IMG/VR virus record: IMGVR_UViG_3300001580_001418
Span: 1-64,000 of that record
Length of the DNA: 64,000 nt
Origin: a virus
Lineage: Duplodnaviria > Caudoviricetes
Direction: 5' to 3' (one strand)
Shown piece by piece: positions 1-10,042 of the stretch (positions are counted from its first letter, which is position 1; each line of letters starts with the position of its first letter). Below the pieces are notes generated by a model, which worked only from the letters and a program-made list of their open reading frames with translations, was not told the DNA's origin and made no database searches. A program made the translations under genes and the position numbers.

Positions 1-32
1 GGGTTAGGCCAATCGACTAACCCCTTGTTTTT
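1..32 (-). terminator. Hairpin downstream of the tRNA 3' end, probable host tRNA terminator
   Basis: GGGTTAG...CTAACCC inverted repeat (1-23) next to the tRNA CCA end; the minus-strand U-tract would lie beyond the window edge. Confidence 0.55.
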
Positions 33-35
33 GTC

Positions 36-83
36 TGGTGGTCCCAACGGGATTCGAACCCATGTTACCGACGTGAGAGGCCG
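36..83 (-). tRNA. 3' half of tRNA-Glu(CTC), duplicated att core at the prophage boundary
   Basis: Minus strand reads CGGC-CT-CTC-AC-GTCGG TAAC ATGGG TTCGAAT CCCGT TGGGACC ACCA: anticodon arm, T-arm and CCA are present, but no D-arm or 5' acceptor strand. Confidence 0.85.
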
Positions 84-119
84 AACATAATTAAGCAAAT
101 TCAAAGACATCCGTTACAG

Positions 120-141
120 GTGTAGCCATAAGTGTAGCCAT
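120..141. repeat. Direct repeat GTGTAGCCAT x2, putative integrase arm-type sites
   Basis: Identical 10-mers at 120-129 and 132-141, about 37 bp inside the att core. Confidence 0.55.
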
Positions 142-220
142 TTTTTATACCTTCCTACCTTTTTGTCCCAAATGCATTGATTGAATACCCAACGATAGCT
201 TGGCGATACCTGAATCTTGC

Positions 221-685
221 TCATCTAAGTTTCGTTCCGCACTTCGAGCAAGAGTTGCTTTCAATATCAACAAACGTCCCACACTCCTTGCACATTATCA
301 CAGTATGACCAGTAGCCTGCAACTTCGGCACGGGCAAGGTGATCATGGCAGTTCCAAAAACCTCTTCCGCTGCCGCTACACCTACTGCTGCGGAAGCAAC
401 CTCGGTTTGGGAAGATGCCGGGAGAAAATTAATGACACGTTCTATCGATTCCAGTTTACTTTTTGCACCCTCTTTCGCCCGTGTTTCCAGCTCAGCCAAT
501 TTTCCAGAAATAGCTTCCCCAAGAGCTCGTGCTGTTTCAGGATCGGAAAGATGAAAATGATAATTAACAGTCTGATTTGCTTCTACGTTTTTAACGTTCA
601 CAATCCCGACCTGCTCACCTTCTGGTTTGAACTCTGCTTTGATATCGACGAGCTTTAACTTCGATAATATTTCATCTATTCCCAT
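221..685 (-). CDS. Hypothetical protein with C-terminal zinc ribbon
   Basis: CKECG...CSKCG; AAGGAG ribosome-binding site (RBS) before the MGIDE start. Confidence 0.6.
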   Translation of the reverse strand: MGIDEILSKLKLVDIKAEFKPEGEQVGIVNVKNVEANQTVNYHFHLSDPETARALGEAISGKLAELETRAKEGAKSKLESIERVINFLPASSQTEVASAAVGVAAAEEVFGTAMITLPVPKLQATGHTVIMCKECGTFVDIESNSCSKCGTKLR

Positions 686-986
686 TGATAACTCCTTTTT
701 TCGGTACTTTGTCCCGCCTCCCCTTTTTGGCGATACTTTGGCGATACCAAAAATCACTCATCTAAAAATACATCCCCCTTGTGTTCCTCAAAGCAAAACA
801 AAACCGACCTAAGCCGGGTCCTTCGACAATTACACCTATAAGTTATTCCTCTAAGATCTTCCACGAGGGTAACGATTCTTAATTAAAAAGTGCACAATGA
901 AAATATCGCCTTTTCTCACAGAAGGCGATATAATTTGATAGTAGCCTCACTGCCAAGAAAGGGGGTTCATATTCACTCAGAAGTGC

Positions 987-1820
987 CTAAAGCTTCCATT
1001 CCTTCGCAACCGGTGGTTCGATTCCAAGGAACTCTCTATATATCCTGTTTTTATATTCAACTCCTATCTCATTGACAGCATTGATGAACGATTGGTAAGT
1101 CCCTAGCCCGCCAATCTTTTCCCAAAATTCATCACCTATAAGTACCACCTCATCTTCCTTCATGTTGAACCACCTGGCCGGAAAGCTCCAGTTGTAATTT
1201 TCTCTACGACCGTAAGGGTTATATGGAAGAGCATAGTATGCTCCGTCAATCTGTGGCGGACTCATGCTATAAAGCTTCATAATTTTTTCTTTACTGACCT
1301 TGGTTTGATCACTGTTCGGTAGAGGAGCCTTAAGCTCAAAAGCATAACTTTTTTTATTTTCTGTATCTTTGGCAAAAACATCACAAATTACAGTTACTGG
1401 AATGTCTTCCCCTCCGCCCCCCAAAACAAATGCCAATTCGGTGCCCCAATCAGGTTTCGCTTTCTTTTTCCCTTTTTCTGGATGTTCCAACGTATTGAGT
1501 ATCTGAGTAATTCGTCGAAGCCTCTCGGCTTTAACTGTTCCTGTAATACTATGATTTATCACTCCATAGCCCAAACCCTCAGTTGCGGCTACGACTGCCA
1601 ACTTTTCCCAAACCGTTCCAAATGGGGTTACAAACCTTCTCTCAAAATGCGACCCCTTGAATATCTCATCTGGGACTAAAGCAGCATAGAGAGGTCTCCC
1701 TGCTTTGTGCATTTCTTCGATGAAGGGATCTTCGACGAGGACTCTATTCATAACTCGATCCATCATCATTTTTATCACGGATTGAATTGCAATTTTCATC
1801 ATTTCTGGATCTTTGGCCAT
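987..1820 (-). CDS. Type II restriction endonuclease, TdeIII-like family
   Basis: FERRFVTPFG..WE and CDV...AFELKAPLPNSDQ (PD-(D/E)xK); adjacent to a methyltransferase. Confidence 0.75.
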   Translation of the reverse strand: MAKDPEMMKIAIQSVIKMMMDRVMNRVLVEDPFIEEMHKAGRPLYAALVPDEIFKGSHFERRFVTPFGTVWEKLAVVAATEGLGYGVINHSITGTVKAERLRRITQILNTLEHPEKGKKKAKPDWGTELAFVLGGGGEDIPVTVICDVFAKDTENKKSYAFELKAPLPNSDQTKVSKEKIMKLYSMSPPQIDGAYYALPYNPYGRRENYNWSFPARWFNMKEDEVVLIGDEFWEKIGGLGTYQSFINAVNEIGVEYKNRIYREFLGIEPPVAKEWKL

Positions 1821-1890
1821 AATCCAAAATTCCTCTCAAATGAAGTCATCGTTTATTCTCAATCTCAGATTTCTTATTAAAGCTACTCGC

Positions 1891-3120
1891 CTATCGTTTT
1901 CTCCAAATGAAAATTGACTCATAGAACTCGGTGGAACGCCTTCCAGTTCTCCGGTTGACATGGCGATTCAACACCGCCTCTTTCTCTATACCAATGAGAG
2001 TGTTTATTTCATCATATAGATTCGCCCGGTCATTCGCCACTATAATCAGGTGGCCCCCCTTTTCCATAGAATCAACTGCCCGCCGAAAAACTGCCGCAAT
2101 GTCCTGTTGATATTGCTGCTGTGCTTTTTGGCTCGAACCATTAACAGCGGGGCCGATTTCTTTTACACGTCTATCTTTCAACCCAAGCAGATGGTAGGCA
2201 TAAATGTGTTGCTCATGGTAGTCAATCAGTCCAACGTATGGGGGGCTTGTAATCACCCCGTTGAGCGGTGGGAATTTGGCTAAGCGACTATCGGCGTGCC
2301 TTATCGTTACTTTCGCTTCTGTCCTTTTCATTGAAAACTCTGTAATCCTTACGACCGTATCCAGACTATATCGTTCTATGAATTTGAAGGCTTCGGTTGT
2401 AGGTACACATTCCCTTGAGTGTTTATAACACCAATAGGGTTCTGTTTTGGGTCGCTTCGGAAAATCCAGATCAAAATGTGTGGTTAAGCGCGCAGAGCGT
2501 GCGGATCTTGAAAGTATAACCTTCAAGAGATCTTTGTATTTGTAATCTTCTGCCTCGATAAAGTAGCGGTAGGTAAGCAACTCATTCAGCGCCTGTGGTG
2601 CAAACCACCTTTTGAGATAGTCGTTGTCTACCTCGTCAATGGATGGGGGGGTAAGATTCTTTTCCCACAGATTCGGCTGGCGATTATCCCTTTGGGTTGC
2701 TAAGCGCACTTTCTCCAGAATGTCAAGAACTTCCTTGCGAACAGTGGTAAGGTCATATCGCGCAGTTTTTGCTTTACAAAGAAGAATGTTGAACGCGGAA
2801 ATGTCATACCCAATGACGTTTATCCCCAATTCGTTTGCTTGAACCAATGTTGTGCCAGATCCACAGAAAGGGTCAAGGACTGTTTCACCCTGCTTGAGAT
2901 ACTTTCGTAGGAAAATTTCCACCAGTTGAGGTATAAACTTACCCAAATATGGATGAAGCCTATGGACGTGTTTAGTTCTTTCTGACTCTGGTAAATCTAT
3001 CTCGCGCCAGTTTAAGTTCAAGCTTTCTAAGGGAGTATCGGGCGTTACCTCTCTCGGGAGAGTTGGTATACTGCTGTCATCTGAGTATTGTATTACACGT
3101 TTTTCCTCATTTGTTAACAT
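1891..3120 (-). CDS. DNA amino-methyltransferase (probably N4-cytosine)
   Basis: HRLHPYLGKF, motif I LDPFCGSGT followed by motif IV TSPPY. Confidence 0.85.
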   Translation of the reverse strand: MLTNEEKRVIQYSDDSSIPTLPREVTPDTPLESLNLNWREIDLPESERTKHVHRLHPYLGKFIPQLVEIFLRKYLKQGETVLDPFCGSGTTLVQANELGINVIGYDISAFNILLCKAKTARYDLTTVRKEVLDILEKVRLATQRDNRQPNLWEKNLTPPSIDEVDNDYLKRWFAPQALNELLTYRYFIEAEDYKYKDLLKVILSRSARSARLTTHFDLDFPKRPKTEPYWCYKHSRECVPTTEAFKFIERYSLDTVVRITEFSMKRTEAKVTIRHADSRLAKFPPLNGVITSPPYVGLIDYHEQHIYAYHLLGLKDRRVKEIGPAVNGSSQKAQQQYQQDIAAVFRRAVDSMEKGGHLIIVANDRANLYDEINTLIGIEKEAVLNRHVNRRTGRRSTEFYESIFIWRKR

Positions 3121-3206
3121 TACCCTCTAATCCCTCCTGAACGTTCGTGATTTTACTACCCTTCATCAATAAGTCCTTTCTGAGCTTGATTACTTATATC
3201 AAACTT

Positions 3207-3337
3207 TTATTGAAAAAGAAACAACTGTCTTTCATCGACCTTCTTCGGTTTGACAACCTTCTTTTCTTTTGTCTCCATGACCTCTTCCACAAACCGTCGT
3301 ACAGCCGTTCGATTGGGCCAGATCATAATACAGGTCG
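3207..3337 (-). pseudogene. Degenerate copy of the helicase 3' end
   Basis: Encodes DLYYDLA and KPKKVDERQLFLFQ-stop, matching the end of 3783-6038, with an internal deletion and frameshifts. Confidence 0.75.
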
Positions 3338-3370
3338 TTACTGTCGGCGTTAAGATTAGCTACTTTCATC

Positions 3371-3637
3371 TCAGACTGCCTTCCTTTCCTTCCTCTCAGG
3401 ACTCTTCTTCCTTATCTTTTTTGGCTTCTTCCTTTTTTCAATGAGCGCCAAATATTTCTCGATCGCCAGCTCGATGAACTCTTTCATTGAGCTGCCTTTC
3501 GGCTCACCCCCGGTCTGAACACCCAAAACAATTATAACTAAACCATTACGTAAAACATCACCTGAGTCAAACCCATCAGAATCCCCACAAACGATCAAGC
3601 AGACGACAAAAAGACATAAAGAAACAATCATTGTCAC
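3371..3637 (-). CDS. Small hypothetical protein (C-terminal part resembles an RHH helix)
   Basis: SMKEFIELAIEKYL plus basic tail; start uncertain. Confidence 0.3.
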   Translation of the reverse strand: MTMIVSLCLFVVCLIVCGDSDGFDSGDVLRNGLVIIVLGVQTGGEPKGSSMKEFIELAIEKYLALIEKRKKPKKIRKKSPERKERKAV

Positions 3638-3782
3638 CCCCGTTTAGACATTCCTGCTTTCCACCACATTGACCTAATTATCTTTATGGCGTTGTTCGCG
3701 TTGATCCTCTTTCACCACACAACAACCCAATCCTTAAATTGCAAAAGTTATGCCACCACTTTTTAAAATAAAATTAGCATAT

Positions 3783-6038
3783 TTATTGGAAAAGAAATAA
3801 CTGCCTCTCATCCACCTTCTTCGGCTTTGGTACTTTCTTCGTCTTCGCCTCAACCACCTTCTTCCACATATCGTCATAAAGCGTGTTGACAACCCGCTCT
3901 GGAAGCTTCGTCGCAGCATCAACCACCTCTCTTACCTGTTCCTCCGTTACGGGTTCTCCGGCAAAGGCAGCATCAAGCAGCTCCTTCTCCCTTGCCCGCA
4001 CTTCTGCCCATATCGCATCCAGGCTTCCCTTCACGCCGTCAACTCCAGATACAATCGATCGGGCAAGATCGTAATACAGGTCTCCACCTTCGGTGTTATA
4101 CGTTGACAGTCCATCATCAAGCAGCTCTCCTTCAATCGCCAGGCTGGTTTTGAACTTCTGTGCAATCAACTTCAAGCCCTTCTCCTGAATGGTGCCACCG
4201 TAAATAAGATAATAGACCTTCACCGGTTTCACCTGACCTATTCTCCATGACCTTCTCGAAGACTGTCTTAGCACATACACTGAATACTCAATCTCATGAA
4301 ACACGATCGTTTGAAAGTCGATCAGGTCAAGCCCTGTCTGCACCAGCTTGGGATTGGTAATTAGCGCATCAAGCCCTTTCACCCTCGAGGCAATCCAGGC
4401 CTCGCGCTTCTCTGGCTCTACATTGGCGTGCAGCACTTCCGCCCTTATACGATTCTCCTCGAGCAGCTTCCTCAACCGCTCCGTCATATCTCTTGTGTCC
4501 GTATGCGAACAGTAAACCAACACCTTTCGCCCAAGCGCTTTCTCACCTTTGATAATATCAACAAGCTCCTGTTCTTTCGGATACGTTCTCTCCTCTGGAC
4601 ACTTCCGGGCCATCGCTACAATCTCACCATGCTTATTCCTTACCACCTCTCCGGTCCATGGCTGTTCTGGATAGCAGAGCAGCCCCTGTAGATACTTCGA
4701 CAGCATCGACTTATCTCCTCGCTTCAAACATTCATGCAATGCTGTTATCAAATCAGACTGGAATTCTTCGTATCCTTCCTTCTGCTCTGGTTCCATATCC
4801 AGACTAACGATGAACTCATCATATTTGGGCAACGCTACCGCTATGTCAGCCAACCTCAAAAAGATGCACCGCTCGAGCAAATACTTCGGCAACACTACAG
4901 GGCTAATCCCTGGCCTCTCTCTGATTGTCGTCGAATGCTTTTTCCCCCTGCTCATCAGGTTATCGTCGTAATCTCCATCCAGCTTCCTTCTTGTCACCTT
5001 CTCAACGATTCCATACTGATTGATCCACTTCCACTCATCGTCGTAATGGAAGTCCTTGTGAAACCCCTGCGTAAAGCGGTGGAGAATATAAAACAACGTT
5101 CTGCTATATCCACCAAACAGCGTTCCAATCAGCGACACGGTTTTCTTTGAAGACGATGCCATCATTCCGGCTGCAATCCCCTGGGCAGTTGCTTTTGCCT
5201 TCGCTTCATGCGTCTCATCAATGATGAACAGATCAAAAAACCTCGGCAGGAACCTCTTTACATACTCAGCGATGGGATACCTTTGAACGCCATCCTTATC
5301 GGCCATCCACAGACTCTCGCCACACTTCCTGCACTTACTCTTTTTCCTTTTCAAATCAATCCAAGAAAGATAAATCCCCTCATCATCTATCAAATGGTGA
5401 CCACATCTCGGGCAACTCAGGATCTCTAATATCGGGATGCACTTCACCCTCTCCAAAAGTGAAGCTCCTTTTCTTGGCTTCACCCCGATCGTCGCTCCAG
5501 AATCCCTCAGCTTTCTCACAACAGCAGACGCCTTCCAACTAAAACCAAGCTTCGCACGCTCCCTGCTGACTATGCAGAACAGCGGCTTATCTCTTCGTCT
5601 ACCATTATGAAAATAAAGCTTCTCCAGCCCATACATATCGGCGACATCCCTAAGATGGACCACATCAACATCGTGCAGGGCCAGCCTCACCTCACGTTCC
5701 CACTTCTTCGTCAAATGAGGGGGACAACAAACGAGCACCGTCTTTGCCCTAATCACATGGGCAGTAGCGATCCCCATGAGGGTCTTTCCAGTCCCCATTT
5801 CCCCCACAATCACCGCACTCCGCTCCGATTGCAATACAGTTGCAACCGCGCTGATCGTATCGGCCTGTGCACCAAACGGCCTCCTTTTCAATCCGGCCAA
5901 CCTGTCGGCGTACTTCCATCTGTCCTTCTCTGGTTGAAAAAGAGGCGGATACTCGCTTACTACTCTGTCAACCAGGGCTTCCTTGAACTCTTCAAGGAAC
6001 TCAGACAGCTTAACAACCTTTTCCTTTTTCGCTATCAC
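3783..6038 (-). CDS. SNF2/SF2-family helicase with zinc-ribbon insert
   Basis: GEMGTGKT, IIDETHE, TGLDL, QSSRRSWRIGQ; CPRC/CRKC insert. Confidence 0.85.
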   Translation of the reverse strand: MIAKKEKVVKLSEFLEEFKEALVDRVVSEYPPLFQPEKDRWKYADRLAGLKRRPFGAQADTISAVATVLQSERSAVIVGEMGTGKTLMGIATAHVIRAKTVLVCCPPHLTKKWEREVRLALHDVDVVHLRDVADMYGLEKLYFHNGRRRDKPLFCIVSRERAKLGFSWKASAVVRKLRDSGATIGVKPRKGASLLERVKCIPILEILSCPRCGHHLIDDEGIYLSWIDLKRKKSKCRKCGESLWMADKDGVQRYPIAEYVKRFLPRFFDLFIIDETHEAKAKATAQGIAAGMMASSSKKTVSLIGTLFGGYSRTLFYILHRFTQGFHKDFHYDDEWKWINQYGIVEKVTRRKLDGDYDDNLMSRGKKHSTTIRERPGISPVVLPKYLLERCIFLRLADIAVALPKYDEFIVSLDMEPEQKEGYEEFQSDLITALHECLKRGDKSMLSKYLQGLLCYPEQPWTGEVVRNKHGEIVAMARKCPEERTYPKEQELVDIIKGEKALGRKVLVYCSHTDTRDMTERLRKLLEENRIRAEVLHANVEPEKREAWIASRVKGLDALITNPKLVQTGLDLIDFQTIVFHEIEYSVYVLRQSSRRSWRIGQVKPVKVYYLIYGGTIQEKGLKLIAQKFKTSLAIEGELLDDGLSTYNTEGGDLYYDLARSIVSGVDGVKGSLDAIWAEVRAREKELLDAAFAGEPVTEEQVREVVDAATKLPERVVNTLYDDMWKKVVEAKTKKVPKPKKVDERQLFLFQ

Positions 6039-6052
6039 AGTCCTTCTTCTCC

Positions 6053-6642
6053 TTAGTCCTCATATTCCCAATACCACACCCTTATGATCGCATCCCTTGA
6101 CATCCGTGCCCACCTTTTCGCAGCTACTTCGTCCCAGGCCAGCAATTCGATCAAATCCTTTTTCTTCAGCCTGAGCAATATCTTTTCAAAATCTTGCCAT
6201 GGCACAACCACTTGCGGGTGAGCTACGCCCAAAATTTTTGCTTTCATCTTACTCTTCTCTTTTTAAGGTATGCTCCCTACACACCGGCACCATCATTCTG
6301 AACTCCCGAAGCCACTCTTTCCGGATCTCCCCATGCTTCCCCTGTTCGCTTCGACAACAGAACCCGCAGAGCTTGCCTTCACAAAAAAGCTCCCACTCCT
6401 CAATGAAATCACGTGGCTTGATTACCTTCTGCTCCCTTGGCATTTGGCAACTCCTCTAAATCGGTCTCACACTCAAGGCACTTGTCGATCAACTCCGAGT
6501 TATACAAATCTTCAGGGTCATACCTGTAGTCGTCCTCGTCCTCGTTCCATATCGAAACGACAGAGAACACCCTATTCACCTTTTCCTTCAGTTCCCTGCA
6601 CTTCGGGCACCACTTCATCGGCATCGCATACCTCCTCGTCAC
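6053..6642 (-). other. Three small hypothetical genes (6053-6247, 6249-6443, 6409-6642), two with CxxC motifs
   Basis: Tightly packed co-oriented ORFs. Confidence 0.5.
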
Positions 6643-6651
6643 GCTTCCACC

Positions 6652-6993
6652 TTAATCCCTCACGGTTTGGCCCCCATGCTTGCCCTTAGCTTCCTTCTGC
6701 GTCTTGACAACATACTTCCCGGGCGTAAGGTCAATATCCTTGTGTTCGGGATGGGTGACCTTTGCGCCCTCTTTCCCCACCTCTATGATGCCCTCGTCTT
6801 CGTTGAACAGGCTCAACTGGGCGTCACCCTCAACCTTATGTTCATGTCCAGACTCCTCGCCTTCTCGGATAACGTTGTCTGGCTTCGGCTTAAGACCGTA
6901 ACTTACTATCCCACCGTGCATCTTCTTGGGCAGTTTGAAAATTAGGATTTCCCCCTGGCGATACGCTTCCTCATACTCAAAATCTCTCATCAT
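6652..6993 (-). CDS. Conserved phage protein, usual partner of DUF6745
   Basis: YRQGEI...EGEESGHEH...HPEH..I.L.PG.Y.V..Q.E pattern. Confidence 0.65.
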   Translation of the reverse strand: MMRDFEYEEAYRQGEILIFKLPKKMHGGIVSYGLKPKPDNVIREGEESGHEHKVEGDAQLSLFNEDEGIIEVGKEGAKVTHPEHKDIDLTPGKYVVKTQKEAKGKHGGQTVRD

Positions 6994-7007
6994 CTGTGGC
7001 CTCCTTT

Positions 7008-7994
7008 CTATGTCTCTTTGGCAAAACGGATTGGTTTCCTCAAATCATCACCTACATGGAATGTCCACTGTCTCGCCTGCTCGCAACGGGCGGCATCGTG
7101 AGGAACGTTCAGGAAATAAAAACTCCCCGTTGAGGGACATTTCACTCGAAGTATCCTGGACTCATACCCCTTAATGTCGTACAGCCTCATGTCGCTCTGC
7201 TTATGTATGACCGTTCCTGCCTCAGCGATCCGTTCCGGTGGGAGCTTAGACATTAAAGCCATACGAGATTGCGCATTGCTCAACCTCAAAATATCTTTTA
7301 CGTTCAACTGTTCGGGCGGCGTCTCGTAGAGCTTCTTCGGCAAAGGCACACCTTTCTCATAATAAGTGACCTTCCCGTTCTCCACCCATCTGCCTGTCCG
7401 GTGGCGCCCATCAAACTGCCCGGCGAGAATCAGACTGTCATTCTTCCACACCTCAAATGGTCGACTCGCCAAGAACCATTCGAGAGGGTTGCTTTTGTTA
7501 AAAACAGCGTGCCCATTCCATAACCCCCGACAATCAAGCATCCCCTTCAGCCTGTATAAAACATTTCCTCTCGGGTCCTTCACGACACACTCTTTGGCGT
7601 GGAAGCGATAGTCATAGGCAAGATGCCCATTCTCGTAGAAGAACTTCTGCCTTATTAAACGCCCATTATTATACCAGCTGTGGCAGACCCCTTTATGCCC
7701 AAACAACTCTTCGTGGGTTCTGCTTTTGCCGTGCTTGCCCTTACCCGACCCTTTACGAAATCTTACGATGTCATCGCCTTTCCTCTCGAACCCACCATAC
7801 ACGATATGATAGATTTGTTTCCCACCCTTAAGTATCTTGTTGTCAATGATCTGACCATCCTCGACGTAGACAATTCGCTTATTGCCCTCGTCGTCTTGAA
7901 TCGTGATCTTCCCCTTCAATAGCTGGTCGTAAAAACTCCGTCCATTCGACTTGCCATTTGACACGGCCACAACGCCATTGGGCATAAACATCAT
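7008..7994 (-). CDS. DUF6745-like protein with N-terminal beta-repeat region
   Basis: C-terminal LRVKCPSTG.FYFLNVP...QARQWTF. Confidence 0.6.
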   Translation of the reverse strand: MMFMPNGVVAVSNGKSNGRSFYDQLLKGKITIQDDEGNKRIVYVEDGQIIDNKILKGGKQIYHIVYGGFERKGDDIVRFRKGSGKGKHGKSRTHEELFGHKGVCHSWYNNGRLIRQKFFYENGHLAYDYRFHAKECVVKDPRGNVLYRLKGMLDCRGLWNGHAVFNKSNPLEWFLASRPFEVWKNDSLILAGQFDGRHRTGRWVENGKVTYYEKGVPLPKKLYETPPEQLNVKDILRLSNAQSRMALMSKLPPERIAEAGTVIHKQSDMRLYDIKGYESRILRVKCPSTGSFYFLNVPHDAARCEQARQWTFHVGDDLRKPIRFAKET

Positions 7995-8254
7995 CTCACC
8001 TCACTCTCTTGCATCTGCTTAAAATAATGTTCTACAGCCATCGGATTGACACCAGGACTCCACGGATCTCTGTCAAATACTTCGTCACGGTCATCCTCGC
8101 TCGGCACTCTTTTATTAAAGTCCCACTCAACAATCTCCTTTGCCTTGTCACAACCCTCGATGTCGTAATCCAAAATAAGGACTTCCATCTCCTCGCTTGA
8201 GCACATATCCTGTATCAACCCACCTCTCAGAAATATCACCAGCCTTGGAATCAT
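7991..8254 (-). CDS. Hypothetical phage protein
   Basis: RGGLIQD...VLILDYD; ATGA overlap with the next gene. Confidence 0.6.
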   Translation of the reverse strand: MIPRLVIFLRGGLIQDMCSSEEMEVLILDYDIEGCDKAKEIVEWDFNKRVPSEDDRDEVFDRDPWSPGVNPMAVEHYFKQMQESEVR

Positions 8255-8267
8255 TTAATCACCTCCT

Positions 8268-8897
8268 TTAACGGGAATCATTATTGTCGATATGCCCACA
8301 CGACCAGGCATCATTCCCAAGGTATTTACAACCACACGTCTCCGGATCATGTTCCTTCTTAACCGATGCAACATCTTCATATTCCAACAAAACGCCCACG
8401 AGACTATGGTTATTGATTTCCGTAAGCGATTCGATAAGCCCCGTGAATGCCTTCTTGCCCCATCTTTTTGGATATTTCACGCCTTCCCATTCTGCCGACT
8501 TCATGACTTCACCGTAATTCGGGGGCTCCTCTTCCGGGTATGCCATCCTATGCGTGGCCACCGGATCGACCCCCTTCTTTGAACAGAAATTAAAGAAAAG
8601 CGCATGAACACAGTCGCCTATACTACCATCGCAAGCCTGCCCCAATACATATGGCCTCGGAGAGAAGTGTGCCTCATCCAGGTTCTTCATTATCTGCGCC
8701 ATATCATATCTTCTATAACGCATCACCAAATGACGAACTCCGCCTTCGACCTTTAATAATCCATCAACCAAATACGGACAATCACCATTTGAAGAGCGCC
8801 TATCCTTACCAACCCATATCCTAAAATCTTTGGTTTCGATGTCAGCTATTTCATCAAACATCACCTCATCTCCTCTCTCCCAATCAAAATAAGTCAA
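8268..8897 (-). CDS. Hypothetical protein
   Basis: 209-aa ORF in a co-oriented cluster. Confidence 0.55.
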   Translation of the reverse strand: MTYFDWERGDEVMFDEIADIETKDFRIWVGKDRRSSNGDCPYLVDGLLKVEGGVRHLVMRYRRYDMAQIMKNLDEAHFSPRPYVLGQACDGSIGDCVHALFFNFCSKKGVDPVATHRMAYPEEEPPNYGEVMKSAEWEGVKYPKRWGKKAFTGLIESLTEINNHSLVGVLLEYEDVASVKKEHDPETCGCKYLGNDAWSCGHIDNNDSR

Positions 8898-9012
8898 TCA
8901 AGGTCCGCATGTAGATTACTAACAGCACGATTGCCTTTGGTTCAAAGACTACCATTCCAAATCCTACCACTGCTCGACAAATCGTTTTCATGGCACCCAC
9001 TCGTCTTCTCCA

Positions 9013-10038
9013 TTATTGGATTGAAAAAACCTCTCCACTCATCAGATTAAGGCCAACAATCTCGATCTTCAGCACATCTCTTTCCGTAACGGTCTCCATG
9101 GTCTCGTCAACCTCAACCGTCTTTACCTTTTCTTTTCTCACTGTCCCCTTAATGAGTAGGCGCTTCCCGTTCTTCTCGATCAGTCCATCAGTCATTCCAG
9201 ACGCTACGAGAATAGCCAGGTGGCCTTTTCTCAACGGTGCTGCTGGGCGGATCCTTGCGTTACCGTTTCTCTTCACAACAAGATCGAACATCTCACGTTC
9301 AAAACCATCCTCTGCTACCTCCCCGATCATCTCCTCGGCGGTCATCTCAAGGTTTCGGAAATGAAAAAGCTTCTCCGGCATGGCAGACGGCGGAACCTCA
9401 TACCGACAACACTCTCTCGTCAGCTCAAGCCATGGAACATAATCCCTGAACAACTGCACGCTGGCTTTATCAAGGTCTTCCAACGCTTCCCTGTTCAGCA
9501 CAGCATCTTTCTTCTTTCTGCCAAAGATTACTATCTGTCTGAACCGATCAAACTCATCCTCCGGGAACAGGGTTAGCCTCACATCGCTAAACCACGATGC
9601 CAAATACCTCCTCATCGTTTGGTTCAACGACCGAATGGAAATGATCAGGACAAGGACGCCTCCGGTCTGAAGCGTTGGTACTGTATGGGCAACGAACTTA
9701 TTCTCCAGACGGGAAGACTCATCCCAATCATACGGTGGGTTTAAGAACAGGCACGACATGGACCCACCTCTCACGCTTACCCTGAAACTGTCTCCGTGAA
9801 TCACCTTCCCCAAATTCTTCTTAGCTTGCTCAGCCCTCTTTGTGTCCAGCTCAACGCCATAGCTTTCAGCTTGCAAATCACTTGCAAACTGCGCAACCGC
9901 ATCCCCAACACCAGCACACGGATCGTAAATTCGTATCTTTCCATCTCCGGCCCTCCAAAGACAGGACTTTATCAGCTCCACCACCACCTGAGGCGTGGGA
10001 AAATAGCCAAGCTTCTCTTGAGACGCTATACGTGCCAC
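9013..10038 (-). CDS. DUF6094-like SAM-dependent (N6-adenine-type) methyltransferase
   Basis: GYFPTP, YDPCAGVG, YGVELD, LFLNPPY; GTG start after GAGGTG. Confidence 0.75.
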   Translation of the reverse strand: MARIASQEKLGYFPTPQVVVELIKSCLWRAGDGKIRIYDPCAGVGDAVAQFASDLQAESYGVELDTKRAEQAKKNLGKVIHGDSFRVSVRGGSMSCLFLNPPYDWDESSRLENKFVAHTVPTLQTGGVLVLIISIRSLNQTMRRYLASWFSDVRLTLFPEDEFDRFRQIVIFGRKKKDAVLNREALEDLDKASVQLFRDYVPWLELTRECCRYEVPPSAMPEKLFHFRNLEMTAEEMIGEVAEDGFEREMFDLVVKRNGNARIRPAAPLRKGHLAILVASGMTDGLIEKNGKRLLIKGTVRKEKVKTVEVDETMETVTERDVLKIEIVGLNLMSGEVFSIQ

Positions 10039-10042
10039 TTCA

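Noticed and set aside
36-110. Complete functional tRNA gene
   Set aside because: Similarity stops at the anticodon stem; no D-arm or 5' acceptor strand
987-1820. Avoidance of GGNCC sites by the prophage
   Set aside because: GGNCC sites are readily seen throughout, and the enzyme specificity is unconfirmed
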